DNA of 64,000 nt from an uncultured Gammaproteobacteria bacterium (GCA_964408485.1 CAYOZJ010000005.1:13203-77202); one strand, 5' to 3'. Shown: positions 54,201-63,945, numbered from the stretch's first letter. The notes: generated from the sequence alone by a model not told the origin. Numbers and translations are program-made.

Positions 54201-57200
54201 GCAGTAATGCATTTGATTTAGGATCCATAACCAATGCATGGAACAATTTGTACGTTAACAACATTATCTCAAGCGGTAATATCTCAGGATTCTGGCAAAG
54301 AAATTCTGGCGCACTTTCCCCTGCTAATATTACCGACGATCTTTTAGCAGGCGGTACAGCAACAAGTACAGCAAAGTTTGCAGTCTTAAATATGGCAGGA
54401 GGTACACCTGTTGCTTCTATTTCTTCAGGACTTTCTGGAACAGGACTATATCTCTCAGCAGATGGAAGTATCCAAACAGTAAGAAATCAAGGTCTAACAC
54501 TTGGTGGGGCAACAACGGGAAATATCATTCTCTCTCCACTTGGCGGAACAGGAACAGTAACAATAAATGGCCTTGGAACTGGCATTGTCCACAGTACAAC
54601 GGGGGTACTCTCAAGTAGTGCAGTAAATTTAGCAAATACAGATGTCACAGGAATTTTGCCTTTGGCAAATGGAGGAACAAATGCAAACCTTACCGCAGAT
54701 AATGGCGGCATAGTCTACTCAGATGCTTCTAAGTTGCAGATATTGGCTCATGCAGGCACAGTTGGACAATGTTTGGTAAGCGGCGGATCAGGAGCACCAA
54801 GCTGGACAAATTGTAGTAGTGCCTCGCAAAATTGGTGGAATGTAAATAATGGCGCACTCTTTCCTATCAATTCAACGCTTGATCTTCTCTTAGGTGGAGA
54901 CGGCGCAACAACATCTGCAAAATTTGCAGTACTCAATATGACTGGGAGTGGCACACCAACTGCATCAGTAAGTAGTGGTTTGAATGGAAATGCAACATAC
55001 ATTACAGCAGATGGAACACTTCAAACAACACGCAACCAAGGACTGACGATTGGAGGCGCAACAACAGGAAATATTACGCTTTCTCCTCTTAATGGTGGAA
55101 GTGTAAGTACAATCAATCTTAATGCCAGGACACTTGCAACCAACCAAACGACGGTCGATCTGCTTAACACAACGGCAACAAGTATTAACTTTGGAGGAGC
55201 AGCAACCTCTCTTTCTATTGGAAATTCAGGTGGAACAACAACAGTCAATGGTGCCTTAGCCGTAAATGGCAATACCAACTTAAATGGCAATACAACAATT
55301 GGCGACAACGCATCAGATACCATTGCATTTACTGCACATGTTAACTCCAGCATCCTTCCCAGCACTGATACAACCTATGACTTAGGAAGTGGTTCGCTTA
55401 GGTGGAATAATGTCTATGCTGGCAATCTCATTCTTCCTGTTACAGGCGGAATCGATGGCTATTGGACACTTGCCTCAAGTGTTCTATCACCAACAAATAC
55501 GTGGAATGATTTAGTAATAGGCGGAACGTCAACAAGCAGCGCTAAATTCCAAGTATTTTCCAATACAGGTAATGCTACAACGTCTGGTAATTTGACATTC
55601 AATGGCAATGGAACAATTCAGACAACGAATAATCAGCCACTTACTCTTGGTGGCAACAGTACAGGTAATATCATTCTTTCCCCAAATAACGCAGCAGGAT
55701 CGGTAACAGTTAATGGATTTATAAGCAGTAATCTTATTCCATCAAGAAATGATACGTATGACTTAGGCTCTGGGACAAATGAATGGAATAACTTGTATGT
55801 TAAAAACATTATCTCGACCGGTAATTTAGCAGGATTCTGGCAGAGAAATTCTGGCACACTCGCTCCCCTTAATATTAGTGATGATTTGCTCGCCGGTGGA
55901 ACAGCAACAAGTACAGCGCGATTTGCTGTGCTTAATATGTCTGGCCCTGGTACACCAACAGCATCTGTTAGCTCAGGACTTTCTGGCACTGGTATGTATT
56001 TTGATGCCAATGGAACAATCCAAACAGTCAGAAACCAAGGCTTGACTCTTGGTGGGGCGACAACGGGAAATATCACACTTTCACCTCTTAATGGAAGTGG
56101 AATAGTAACAGTGAATGGGACAAGTTTGCTGAGCTCTGGAACATCATTTAACTTGCTTACTGGCGCAACAACAATTTCCATCGGCGCAGGGTCCGGAACA
56201 ACAACAGTTAATAACGGCCTAACTGTTACCGGAACAAGCACATTAAATGGCAATGTCGTATTAGGCGCGAGCAGTAGTCAAACAATCGCAGCAAATGGTC
56301 AATTTACAACAAGTCTTATCCCAAATACTGACGCGTCATTTGATCTTGGATCTAGTCCATCCAATAGATGGAGAAACCTTTTCCTGTCTGGTAATTCAAC
56401 AGTTGGTGGCAATGAAACAGTTACCGGAACAGCAACAGTTGGTAATTTAGTTTTGGCATCAACTGCTAATTATGGCGGGTTCTGGCAGAGATTTAGCGGT
56501 GCACTCTCCCCTGTTTATTCAACAGATGATATTCTTGTAGGGTCAAATGCAACAACATCTGCAAAGTTTGCACTTTTAAACATCGCAAATGGCACACCTG
56601 TTGCTTCTATTTCATCAGGTTTTTCTGGAACAGGCATGTACTTTGATGCAACTGGGACTATTCAAACAGTGAGAAATGCAGTACTTACTCTTGGCGGCAA
56701 TACAACAGGTGGAGTAGTATTTGGCAGTAATGTTGCATCAAATATTCTGCCAAAGTTTACTAATACCTATGATTTGGGATCACTTGCTCTTCAGTGGAAT
56801 AATGGATATTTCAACAATATTTATGCAAATGGTCAGCCCATAACACAACTATTCCAAAGAAATTCTGGCGCACTTTCCCCTCTCAATATTACTGATGACT
56901 TACTCTTGGGTGGCACAGCAACAAGTACTGCTAGATTTGCATTTATTAATAACACTGGGACAGGCGCACCAACTGCTTCTATCTCAAGTAACTTCTCACT
57001 TGTTGTCCCAACAGGCGCAGCACCAGCAGAAACAATTAATGTCTTAAATGGTGGAAGTCTTAATATTCAACACTCAGCAGGTGGAGACACAGGACTCACA
57101 AGTTCACTCTTTATAGACAAAGCAGGACAAGTTGGTGTTGGGACAGCAAGTGTATCTCATCAGCTTGAAATTGCCGGAAGTTCAACGCAATTTAATTCAA

Positions 57201-60200
57201 CAGTCTATCTGAATCCTTCAACATTTGGATCTTCAAAACGAGCTGGTCTTAATCTTGATAATTGGCTCTTAGCACAAGATATTGGAGGAACAGGTGTAAA
57301 AGATTTTGTTATCTATGACACAGCAAGTGGCCAATCAAAATTCTACATAACTGCCAATGCAAATGGTGGAGCAGGCTTTGGTTTGCCTGTACTTGGCGCT
57401 GTCAATAGCCTTGGTAACTCAGAATTTGTCGTAAATCAACCAAATACCGCTGGAGACATACTAAGTGCATCAACATCTGGCACAACAAAATTTGTGATTA
57501 CCAATGATGGGACCGTTGGTATTGCAAATAATGTAACCGATGCAACTATTCTTAATAAATCTGCTCTTGATGTACGAAAAGATTCCTTTGGTAATGCACT
57601 AACACTCTTCAAACAGCTTTCCTCTGATACCAATGCAGATATTATTACTGCATCTAATTCTGCAGGACTTACGGAATACAGACTCACTAATGCAGGCGTT
57701 GAACAGGCAAGACAATTCCAGGATTTGGATAGCACTGCTTACTTCCTTGATCCTGCAGCATCTGGCAATTCTCTTATCATTGCAGGGACAGCTGGTATTG
57801 GAACAACCTCTCCCCTTGCATCCAGTGGCTTAGATATAGAGAAAAATGCATTAGGCAATGCAGCAGAAGTGGTTAATCAATTAGGTAATGGCGATATCTT
57901 TACTGCTTCTGCATCTGGAGTTAAGAAGTTTACTATTCAAAATGATGGAACACTGGTTGCTGGAAAATACACAACAAACAAAGGCATACTATATATTAAT
58001 GATACAGCTGGAACAATTGCCGAGACAGGACAAGGCGCAGCAAATACTGTACTTCATGGAAATGGCACATCTGCTCCATCATTTAGCGCTGTTGACTTGG
58101 CAGCAGATGTTACAGGCATTCTTCCACTCGCAAATGGAGGAACAAATAATAATATTACTGCAGATAATGGTGGTATAGTCTACTCAGATGCAACCAAACT
58201 CCGACTATTAGCTTCTACGGTAACTGCAGGCCAATGCCTTTTGTCCGGATCAAGCAGCGCGCCAACATGGGGAAGTTGCGGAAGTGGAACAGGCGTAAAT
58301 TGGTGGACAATGAGCAACGGCGCACTCTTCCCTCTTAATAACACCCTTGATTTGTTTGTTGGCGGCAGCGCTACAACATCTGCAAAATTTGCAGTGCTCA
58401 ATATGACTGGGAGTGGCACACCAACAGCATCTGTAAGCTCAGGACTTTCTGGCAATGCAACATATATTACCGCAGACGGATCTTTACAGACAGCACGAGC
58501 AGCAACATTGACCTTGGGCGGAACCACCACCGGCAATATTGTATTAAAACCACAAAATGGTGGAGGCTCTATAACGATCGATGGCCCAACACTTGATACA
58601 ACAAATACAACCTTTAATGCATTTACCACTGCTTCAACGCTTGGTATTGGCGCTGCATCCGGGACAACAACAATAAATAATGGCCTTACTGTAGCTGGCA
58701 ATATTAGTGATAATGGTGGAACATTCACAACAAATCAGACAACATTCAACTTGCTCAATACAACAGCAACAACAATTAATTTTGGTGGCGCTGCAACTGT
58801 TGCACTCAATGTTGGTGCAGCAACAACACCAATTAATCTAAAAGGTAACGTTACACTTGGTACTGATGCAACAAACACTATTACATCAAATGGTTTATAT
58901 GCATCTGATCTTATTCCAACAGGCAATGGATCAATCAACTTGGGATCAGCAACACATTACTATGGCACAGTCTATGCAAATAATTTTATTGCGCCAGTAA
59001 GTGGCGGTGTATCCGGCTTCTGGCAATTAACAAATAGTGTTATCTCCCCTGTTAATGCATGGAATGATTTGGCAATCGGTGGCAATGCAACGGGAAGCGC
59101 AACACCATGGCAAGTATTTGCAACAACTGTTGGCGTTAATACTGCAGGCACAGCAACATCTTCTGGAAATCTTTCATTCAGAGGAACAAATACCAATATT
59201 AACTTGCTTAATGGTAGTATCCTAAGTGTCAAAACATCCATTGGTGGAGACGCAGGACTCGGTACAGTCCTTACCATAGCCAACAATGGCAACCTAACTG
59301 CAACAGGAACATTAAATCTTAACAGTGGAATTCTGGCAACAAATCAAACAACAGCAAGTCTCTTTGATGCAACAGCAACAAGTATTAATATTGGCTCCGG
59401 TGCAACATCAGGTATCGGTATTGGCAATGCAAGTGGAATCAATACAATTAGGGGAAATGTTGTCTTGAATAGCACATCAGGAAATACCCTAACGATTAAT
59501 GGCCGTGTAAATACAGATATCATTCCTGATGTAACTAACTCTCATGATTTGGGCTCTAACGACCTTAAATGGAGAAACATTTTCGCAGGAAGCGCAGTAA
59601 CAACAAATAATCTTTATCTTCCTGTTAGTGGCGGCACTGATGGCTACTGGTCCTTAGCCAGTAATGTGCTATCTCCAACAAATAATTGGAATGACTTGGC
59701 AATAGGAGGAACAGCAACAAGTACTGCTAAATTCCAAGTATTTAGTAACACAGGGAATGCAACAACAGCTGGAAATCTTACTTTTAACGGCAACGGAGTA
59801 ATTCAGACAACCAATAATTTACCATTTACTCTCGGTGGAAATTCTACAGGAACAATTACCCTTGCTCCATCTAATGGTGGCGCAGGCAGTATTCTTAACC
59901 TCAACGCAGCAAATATTAATACTAATCAAACAAGTGTTAATTTACTTAACACAACAGCAACAACAATTAATTTAGGTAACGCCGCAACAACATTAAATCT
60001 TGCTAATAATGCCCTCACAACAACAATTGGTATCGGCGGATCTGGTGGAACAACAACAGTCAATAACGCTCTAACGGTAACTGGTGCAACTACACTAAAT
60101 GGTACGATCAACTTAGGCAATGCAACAAGTGATGACATAACAGCAACAGGATTTTTTGCAAGCTCACTCATTCCAAAAGCAGCAGATACCTATAACCTTG

Positions 60201-63200
60201 GCTCTGTGGCCAATGAATGGGACACACTGTATATCAGACAAATAGTTACTCCATCATCTGGAGGCTTGGCTGGCTTCTGGCAATTATCTAACAAGGGTGT
60301 TTTGGCTCCTGCGAATATTGGTAACGATGTCTTAATTGGCGGCGGCATTGCAACACCATCTGCAGCAACAGATACTGGATTCCAGATTTTTGGAAGTGGA
60401 CCAAACCAAGCAACAGCAACAACATCAGGCAATCTGGCTTTCTATGGCTCAGCACCCACAATCAGCACACAAAGAATGGTTCCATTGACTATTGGCAATG
60501 CAACAACCGGCCCGATTCAACTGTCTCCAAAAGGAACAACAGGCCTGTATGTTGCAGGAACAGGTAATGTTGGGATTGGCACAACTACACCTGGATTTAA
60601 TTTAGAAATTGCTGGTATAACAACACAGTATGGAGCAGCACTGCACATTGATCCGTCAACCTTTGGCTCATCGAAACGAGCTCAACTTGAATTAGACAAC
60701 TGGCAAGTCGCTCAAGACCTCAGTGGAAATGGAACAAAAGACTTTTTCCTTTACGACACTGTTAACGCAGCTACTCGCTTTTACATAAACACCATAGGAG
60801 GTACTGGCATTGGTGCAACAAGTAATCTCGGTAATGCAACACTTATCGTTAATCAAAATAACACGTCTGGTCTTGGGGACATTATCACAGCCTCAGCATC
60901 AGGCACAACACAATTCAAGCTCACCAATGCAGGTATTGTTCAAGCAAAGTCATTCCAGGATTTAGATGATACAAGATACTTTATTGATCCTGCATCATCA
61001 GGTACAGCACTTAGCTTAAACGGTACAGCATCTATGGCGGCTGATCTTACCTTCACTGGTGCTAGTACAACGCATAATATTTATACCTTTAATAATGGCA
61101 ATCTTGATTTCCAAATGAGTCCTGGAGGTGCTATCCCAACGACAGGGGTTGTCCACTCTTTATATCTGCAGGCAGCAACTGGGAATGTAGGTATTGCTAC
61201 AACTTCACCATCAGACACATTAGATATTGCAGGAAATGCCACTGCATCTGGAAATCTTTCTTTCAGAGGAAATGCAACAACACATAATTTAAATCTTCTT
61301 AATAATGGTCAGCTTAATATTAATACGTCTGTTGGAGGCATAGCGACACTTAATACCGCCCTTACTATTGCGGCGGGAAATAATACAACTGCTGGTAATA
61401 TAGGTATAAATAATGTAAGTCCATCGCGCCAGCTTGATGCTTCGGGCTCGTGGGGTGGGAATGTAACAAGCACGCAAGATACAACAGCCTCCAATCATAC
61501 TGATACAGTATCATCGAGTTCTCTTGTATACTTTGTTAATTATACGCTCTCCAGCCCTGGAGGATCTTTCACAACCACCTTTAATATTACTGGTCTACCT
61601 CAAGTTGAAGGCTCATTTTTCATGGTCCGGGTAAGAGCAAATACGAATAATACACAGACCGCAACAGCCTCACTCCAAGCAAATGGGCAAAGCTTAGGAA
61701 GTGCCACAGGAAGCAATGGAGCTAGTAACAAAGATGGCCTTTATGCATATATAGGATCGCAGTGGAATCTTATTGCTAGCAATGACAGCAATAATCAGAA
61801 TGTTGACTTGGCTGAACTTTTCCCATATGGTGCAAAACGCCCAATCCCTGGAGAACTTTTAGCGAGTAATGTACAAAATCATCAAGTACAGTTAGACAGA
61901 ACAGGAAAAGAATATGATCAGAAAGCAATGGGAATTGTCACAACAAATCCAAATATTCTCTTTGGCAAAGATTCAAGTGAAGCAGGCATTCAAAATGATA
62001 ATACATTCCCAATTGATGGAAAAATAGGCTTAGCTCTTGCAGGACGTGTACCAACAATTGTCACCAATCTTGATGGACCTATCGACCAGGGAGATTCTAT
62101 TACCACTTCACCACTTGCAGGCGTTGGCATGAAACCCAACAAAGCAACGCAAACTGTTGGAAAAACACTTGATTCGTTTAATCCTTTAGATGGGAGCACG
62201 GTATGTACATCAGTCGCAAGCTACGACAGCATTCCTTGGCCAAATGACAATGGGACAAATGCTGCTCATCCTTGCTTTAGTGTTCCTGTTGCATCATTCG
62301 ATCAAGCAACGCAACAAATCTTAAATAGTGAATATCATCTTAATCAAACAGACTCAGTATATGTTGGTAAAGTTATGGTTTTGGTAGGCAATGGCTTTGT
62401 GGATCCAGACGTATACCTTACAACAACTGGTGACATACACTTTACCGATGCATCAGCATCTGCTAACTTCACCGTACCACACTACTATAGTGTTGCAGAT
62501 GCAGTAGGACTTCCTATTACCAGAATGGGAAGATTTCTAGAACTTGCAGTGGGTAATCTACGAGCAGGTAGTATCCAAACCCAACAACTCTTTACTAATT
62601 CTCTTGCTATCGCAACAAGCAATGTGACTATTGCCGGAGTAAGTCTCCATGATTATATACAAAATATTGTTACAGAAGTGTTGCAAAACAATCAACAAAC
62701 AGTGAATAGTCCAATAGCCTCAGTTGATCAACTTCATGCTGGTGTTATATCACCTCTTGGCACAGACAATAGTATTGCACTAAGCATAAATAACTCTAGG
62801 TTAGAAGTGAAAAATGGCGCATCTGGGTCTGCTGTGGCTACAATAGACAATCAAGGAAATGCGTCATTTAGTGGCACATTAAATTCACAAAATCTTGCAG
62901 TAAATGCAGATGCAACAATCTCTGGAACACTTCATGCAGGAAAAATCGTGGCTGATGATATCGTAGGACTCAGAGCAGCTGTGGGTACATTATCTGCTCA
63001 AAACATAACGAATGTAACCAACATTTACTTCGCTACACCAAGCGCAGCACCTACTGGGGTAAATTTTGCTACAGGACCTAGTGGTAATAGCAGTACGAAT
63101 TCTGGAGTGCTAACCCCGATTCAATCGGGGCTAAATCCATACATCGGTTATACCAATTTAGCCTCATATTCTGGCTTCTTGGCATATGTACCAAATCTTT

Positions 63201-63910
63201 CTGCAGACACTGCAATGTTTAATCAAGGCCTTGTGTCCTTGGGTACAACAAGTCTTGGAGACACAACAGTAACAGGACAACTCTCTATTGGAACAAATCT
63301 GATCCTCGCGGATAGTAGTGTTAATGTCCTTGGGTCATCATTTGAAATCCAGTCACTGAGACAAGGTGGAGTAAATTTTGAAGGAGGACTTATTGCAATC
63401 GATACTGACGGCAATTTAATGGTTAACGGCAATGCAGTATTTAGTAAAAACTTGGCAGCAAATGTTATCTCGCCACTAAGCAATGATCGCAACCTAACTA
63501 TTAAATTGGGAGAGAATTCTCAAGACTCAGCCTTAGCAACCTCAAATCTTGCAGTACAAAATGCATCTGGATCTGGAGTATTTAGTATTGATCAATTGGG
63601 CAATATCTTAGCAAGCGGTGCAGCAACTATCGGTAAACTTAACCTGACTGCTGCACAGCCTGCTTTGGCAGTAAGTAATACCGAACAAATTGCAACTGGA
63701 TCAGCTGGAACAGCTGCTATTAAGGCAAATCATACAGAAATAACAATCGATAACAAACTAGTAACTAATAGATCACTTATCTATATTACTCCTGTTGGTG
63801 CAAGCTCAGTACCATACCTACTGCGACAGGTAACAAATACTTCATTTACTGTGGGGATCCCTACATCACAATTTACCGATACCACATTTAACTGGCTCAT
63901 CGTTAATTAA
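48215..63910 (+). CDS. Giant (5231 aa) membrane-anchored surface protein: two N-terminal integrase core-binding (SAM-like) domains, one TM helix, long Thr/Asn/Gly-rich beta-rich repeat region
   Basis: Single uninterrupted 15.7-kb ORF. Residues ~5-100 and ~110-205 each match the Phage_int_SAM-like pattern (FRIYLLSLTPAPSAVTVKNYCLDVKHFISW...SARSLDRHVSSLRKFFHSL; FKDFLYVYNASNLTIKNYIIDVKQFFKW...SINRKLSSLRKYIGW). TM helix VAHYFNWAILMIVMTIIGVGFY. Many ~250-aa repeats carrying NQPLTIGGNTTGNI, NINTNQTSVNLLNTTATTINFGGAAT and ISGFWQRNSGVLSPTNITDDLAIGGTATNTAKFQVF. Carries in-frame repeat elements C3 (48925-49012) and F3 (63109-63135). Confidence 0.9.
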   Translation: MEYLQKFRIYLLSLTPAPSAVTVKNYCLDVKHFISWSEQKNHAPFDPSKVTQDEIEKFRQDENGHLSARSLDRHVSSLRKFFHSLKLQGVLSTSPFENTVSTQLPTDPYKLKQFKDFLYVYNASNLTIKNYIIDVKQFFKWAEEKIQAQTDQESEEITPLSYLSNDLLATYRDELFSGNVFSASSINRKLSSLRKYIGWAKSQNFLENELDSRNNPNEVANIASAHTSSVLEVNQNKAESEKRKELETKKEANGKNLDALPLTLNAGYSPFPPLRLAQKISKGFNYGLDVAIIAPLAKLVLQGTKVLWTLQGKPLFVAAKKSLRLASPVKNISKFAVQAGEVSTANFSWYQKIWHHAQNTRPNWYRRYHQLPVAHYFNWAILMIVMTIIGVGFYNSFIAKPQNSKPLLAAAQPNRILSFQGRLTDSSNNPITTSSNLRFAIYTDATSTGSAQLWQELDNVTPDANGVFSVLLGKNSSIQQSLFANNANLYLGITVEQTPELTPRQQLATVAYATNAETLQGLPPITQSGAGTSNVVLALNSSGNLSIGAASTFQTVGGAFTLAGDTLVLNTNPGTNGNITITPDGLGFIDLQKPLVNTTQNNNIPSASGSVEIDDTLAILATSDAVPAQTINQDGAGALFTASAGGISKFTIGNSGTITASNYNTAGGVFYADGTGLFLQTTAGAIGQCLTSNGSSGPSWTACSGGSANNFWTITNGALYPVNTTLDVLFGGTASNGANFAFINNAPGSGTPTASVSGNITLNSAGLIQTTNNQQLTIGGDTTGNIVLKPLNGAGTVTLSGYATGIIHSTSGVLSSSAVDLASGDVTGVLPLANGGTNNSLVADNGGIVYSDATRLQVLAHAGSAGLCLTSGGAGAPSWASCSGSNSNFWNVNNGVIYPSNSTLDFILGGDGATTSAKFAVLNMTGSGTPVASVSSGLNGNATYIAADGTLQTTRNHALTIGGSTTGNIILSPLNSLGYVQLNGTVNSNLVPTITDTYNLGSPSNEWNNLYVKNLVVSGSIAGFWQRNSGVLSPTNITDDLAIGGIATNTARFQVFANTGNATTAGNLTFTGNGSQIQTTSNQTLTLGGNTTGGIVLSPSNGTGTIGLNASNITTNQTTVNLLNTTATTVNFAGAATTVSIGNSGGSTTINGGLVVNADTQLLGNTTLGDSSSDTIAFIGQVNTNILPSTTNARDLGSLAQQWNNIYGNHIFSNGVELSQFFQRNFGVISPLNITDDLAVGGTATNTAKFQVSGLTGNATTTGTLTFDGTGNLIQTTKFQDLTIGGTTTGNITLSPKNGTGTVTIAGLSSGVVHSTGGILSSSNVNLTSEVTGILPIANGGTNTNTIGSAGSIAYSTGTAYAFNSVGSTGQCLVSNGSGAPNWTSCTTAAGATNYWTLDGGNGILYPVNTTLDVLFGGTSSNSANFAFLNNAPGSGTPTASISGNLTLNSAGNIQTTNNQPLTIGGNTTGSVTLAPSNGNGTLNLNATNINTNQTSVNLLNTTATTINFGGAATSINIGNAGGSATFNGGLVVNADTTLNGNTTLGDSSSDRVTFNGLVNSNIIPSANNTYDLGSITNAWNNIFVNNIISSGNISGLWQRFLGVLSPVNIGDDLAIGGTATGTAKFQVFGNTGNATTAGNLTFNGNGVIQATNNQPLTIGGDTTGSITVAPNNGTGTVNLNATNINTNQTSVNLLNSTTTAINFGGAATALSIGAGSGTTTVNNGLTVTGTSTLNGNVVLGANSTKTITANGQFNSSLIPSVTDTYDLGSIALEWNNLYVKNIIAGGNVSGFWQRFLGVISPTNITDDLAIGGTATNTARFQVFGNTGNATTTGTLTFDGTGSLIQTTRNQGLTIGGDTTGNITIKPLNGTGTVTIAGLGTGVVHSTNGLLSSSAVNLANGSADITGTLSTSNGGTGQNSYAGGDLLYYASGTSLSKLTIGGANTILTSTGTAPQWSSSLTLGGNLNVNGNTTLGDTAGDTITFNGQVNSNIIPTSSNAFDLGSITNAWNNLYVNNIISSGNISGFWQRNSGALSPANITDDLLAGGTATSTAKFAVLNMAGGTPVASISSGLSGTGLYLSADGSIQTVRNQGLTLGGATTGNIILSPLGGTGTVTINGLGTGIVHSTTGVLSSSAVNLANTDVTGILPLANGGTNANLTADNGGIVYSDASKLQILAHAGTVGQCLVSGGSGAPSWTNCSSASQNWWNVNNGALFPINSTLDLLLGGDGATTSAKFAVLNMTGSGTPTASVSSGLNGNATYITADGTLQTTRNQGLTIGGATTGNITLSPLNGGSVSTINLNARTLATNQTTVDLLNTTATSINFGGAATSLSIGNSGGTTTVNGALAVNGNTNLNGNTTIGDNASDTIAFTAHVNSSILPSTDTTYDLGSGSLRWNNVYAGNLILPVTGGIDGYWTLASSVLSPTNTWNDLVIGGTSTSSAKFQVFSNTGNATTSGNLTFNGNGTIQTTNNQPLTLGGNSTGNIILSPNNAAGSVTVNGFISSNLIPSRNDTYDLGSGTNEWNNLYVKNIISTGNLAGFWQRNSGTLAPLNISDDLLAGGTATSTARFAVLNMSGPGTPTASVSSGLSGTGMYFDANGTIQTVRNQGLTLGGATTGNITLSPLNGSGIVTVNGTSLLSSGTSFNLLTGATTISIGAGSGTTTVNNGLTVTGTSTLNGNVVLGASSSQTIAANGQFTTSLIPNTDASFDLGSSPSNRWRNLFLSGNSTVGGNETVTGTATVGNLVLASTANYGGFWQRFSGALSPVYSTDDILVGSNATTSAKFALLNIANGTPVASISSGFSGTGMYFDATGTIQTVRNAVLTLGGNTTGGVVFGSNVASNILPKFTNTYDLGSLALQWNNGYFNNIYANGQPITQLFQRNSGALSPLNITDDLLLGGTATSTARFAFINNTGTGAPTASISSNFSLVVPTGAAPAETINVLNGGSLNIQHSAGGDTGLTSSLFIDKAGQVGVGTASVSHQLEIAGSSTQFNSTVYLNPSTFGSSKRAGLNLDNWLLAQDIGGTGVKDFVIYDTASGQSKFYITANANGGAGFGLPVLGAVNSLGNSEFVVNQPNTAGDILSASTSGTTKFVITNDGTVGIANNVTDATILNKSALDVRKDSFGNALTLFKQLSSDTNADIITASNSAGLTEYRLTNAGVEQARQFQDLDSTAYFLDPAASGNSLIIAGTAGIGTTSPLASSGLDIEKNALGNAAEVVNQLGNGDIFTASASGVKKFTIQNDGTLVAGKYTTNKGILYINDTAGTIAETGQGAANTVLHGNGTSAPSFSAVDLAADVTGILPLANGGTNNNITADNGGIVYSDATKLRLLASTVTAGQCLLSGSSSAPTWGSCGSGTGVNWWTMSNGALFPLNNTLDLFVGGSATTSAKFAVLNMTGSGTPTASVSSGLSGNATYITADGSLQTARAATLTLGGTTTGNIVLKPQNGGGSITIDGPTLDTTNTTFNAFTTASTLGIGAASGTTTINNGLTVAGNISDNGGTFTTNQTTFNLLNTTATTINFGGAATVALNVGAATTPINLKGNVTLGTDATNTITSNGLYASDLIPTGNGSINLGSATHYYGTVYANNFIAPVSGGVSGFWQLTNSVISPVNAWNDLAIGGNATGSATPWQVFATTVGVNTAGTATSSGNLSFRGTNTNINLLNGSILSVKTSIGGDAGLGTVLTIANNGNLTATGTLNLNSGILATNQTTASLFDATATSINIGSGATSGIGIGNASGINTIRGNVVLNSTSGNTLTINGRVNTDIIPDVTNSHDLGSNDLKWRNIFAGSAVTTNNLYLPVSGGTDGYWSLASNVLSPTNNWNDLAIGGTATSTAKFQVFSNTGNATTAGNLTFNGNGVIQTTNNLPFTLGGNSTGTITLAPSNGGAGSILNLNAANINTNQTSVNLLNTTATTINLGNAATTLNLANNALTTTIGIGGSGGTTTVNNALTVTGATTLNGTINLGNATSDDITATGFFASSLIPKAADTYNLGSVANEWDTLYIRQIVTPSSGGLAGFWQLSNKGVLAPANIGNDVLIGGGIATPSAATDTGFQIFGSGPNQATATTSGNLAFYGSAPTISTQRMVPLTIGNATTGPIQLSPKGTTGLYVAGTGNVGIGTTTPGFNLEIAGITTQYGAALHIDPSTFGSSKRAQLELDNWQVAQDLSGNGTKDFFLYDTVNAATRFYINTIGGTGIGATSNLGNATLIVNQNNTSGLGDIITASASGTTQFKLTNAGIVQAKSFQDLDDTRYFIDPASSGTALSLNGTASMAADLTFTGASTTHNIYTFNNGNLDFQMSPGGAIPTTGVVHSLYLQAATGNVGIATTSPSDTLDIAGNATASGNLSFRGNATTHNLNLLNNGQLNINTSVGGIATLNTALTIAAGNNTTAGNIGINNVSPSRQLDASGSWGGNVTSTQDTTASNHTDTVSSSSLVYFVNYTLSSPGGSFTTTFNITGLPQVEGSFFMVRVRANTNNTQTATASLQANGQSLGSATGSNGASNKDGLYAYIGSQWNLIASNDSNNQNVDLAELFPYGAKRPIPGELLASNVQNHQVQLDRTGKEYDQKAMGIVTTNPNILFGKDSSEAGIQNDNTFPIDGKIGLALAGRVPTIVTNLDGPIDQGDSITTSPLAGVGMKPNKATQTVGKTLDSFNPLDGSTVCTSVASYDSIPWPNDNGTNAAHPCFSVPVASFDQATQQILNSEYHLNQTDSVYVGKVMVLVGNGFVDPDVYLTTTGDIHFTDASASANFTVPHYYSVADAVGLPITRMGRFLELAVGNLRAGSIQTQQLFTNSLAIATSNVTIAGVSLHDYIQNIVTEVLQNNQQTVNSPIASVDQLHAGVISPLGTDNSIALSINNSRLEVKNGASGSAVATIDNQGNASFSGTLNSQNLAVNADATISGTLHAGKIVADDIVGLRAAVGTLSAQNITNVTNIYFATPSAAPTGVNFATGPSGNSSTNSGVLTPIQSGLNPYIGYTNLASYSGFLAYVPNLSADTAMFNQGLVSLGTTSLGDTTVTGQLSIGTNLILADSSVNVLGSSFEIQSLRQGGVNFEGGLIAIDTDGNLMVNGNAVFSKNLAANVISPLSNDRNLTIKLGENSQDSALATSNLAVQNASGSGVFSIDQLGNILASGAATIGKLNLTAAQPALAVSNTEQIATGSAGTAAIKANHTEITIDNKLVTNRSLIYITPVGASSVPYLLRQVTNTSFTVGIPTSQFTDTTFNWLIVN

Positions 63911-63945
63911 CGATTGTTAGTCATATTGGTATCTTGCTAGAATAG

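Noticed and set aside
50224-62199. Numerous 60-200-aa ORFs antisense to, or out of frame within, the giant gene
   Set aside because: They arise from the low-complexity, repeat-rich Thr/Asn/Gly codon composition (Pro/Val/Leu-rich antisense frames) and are fully contained in the long sense ORF.
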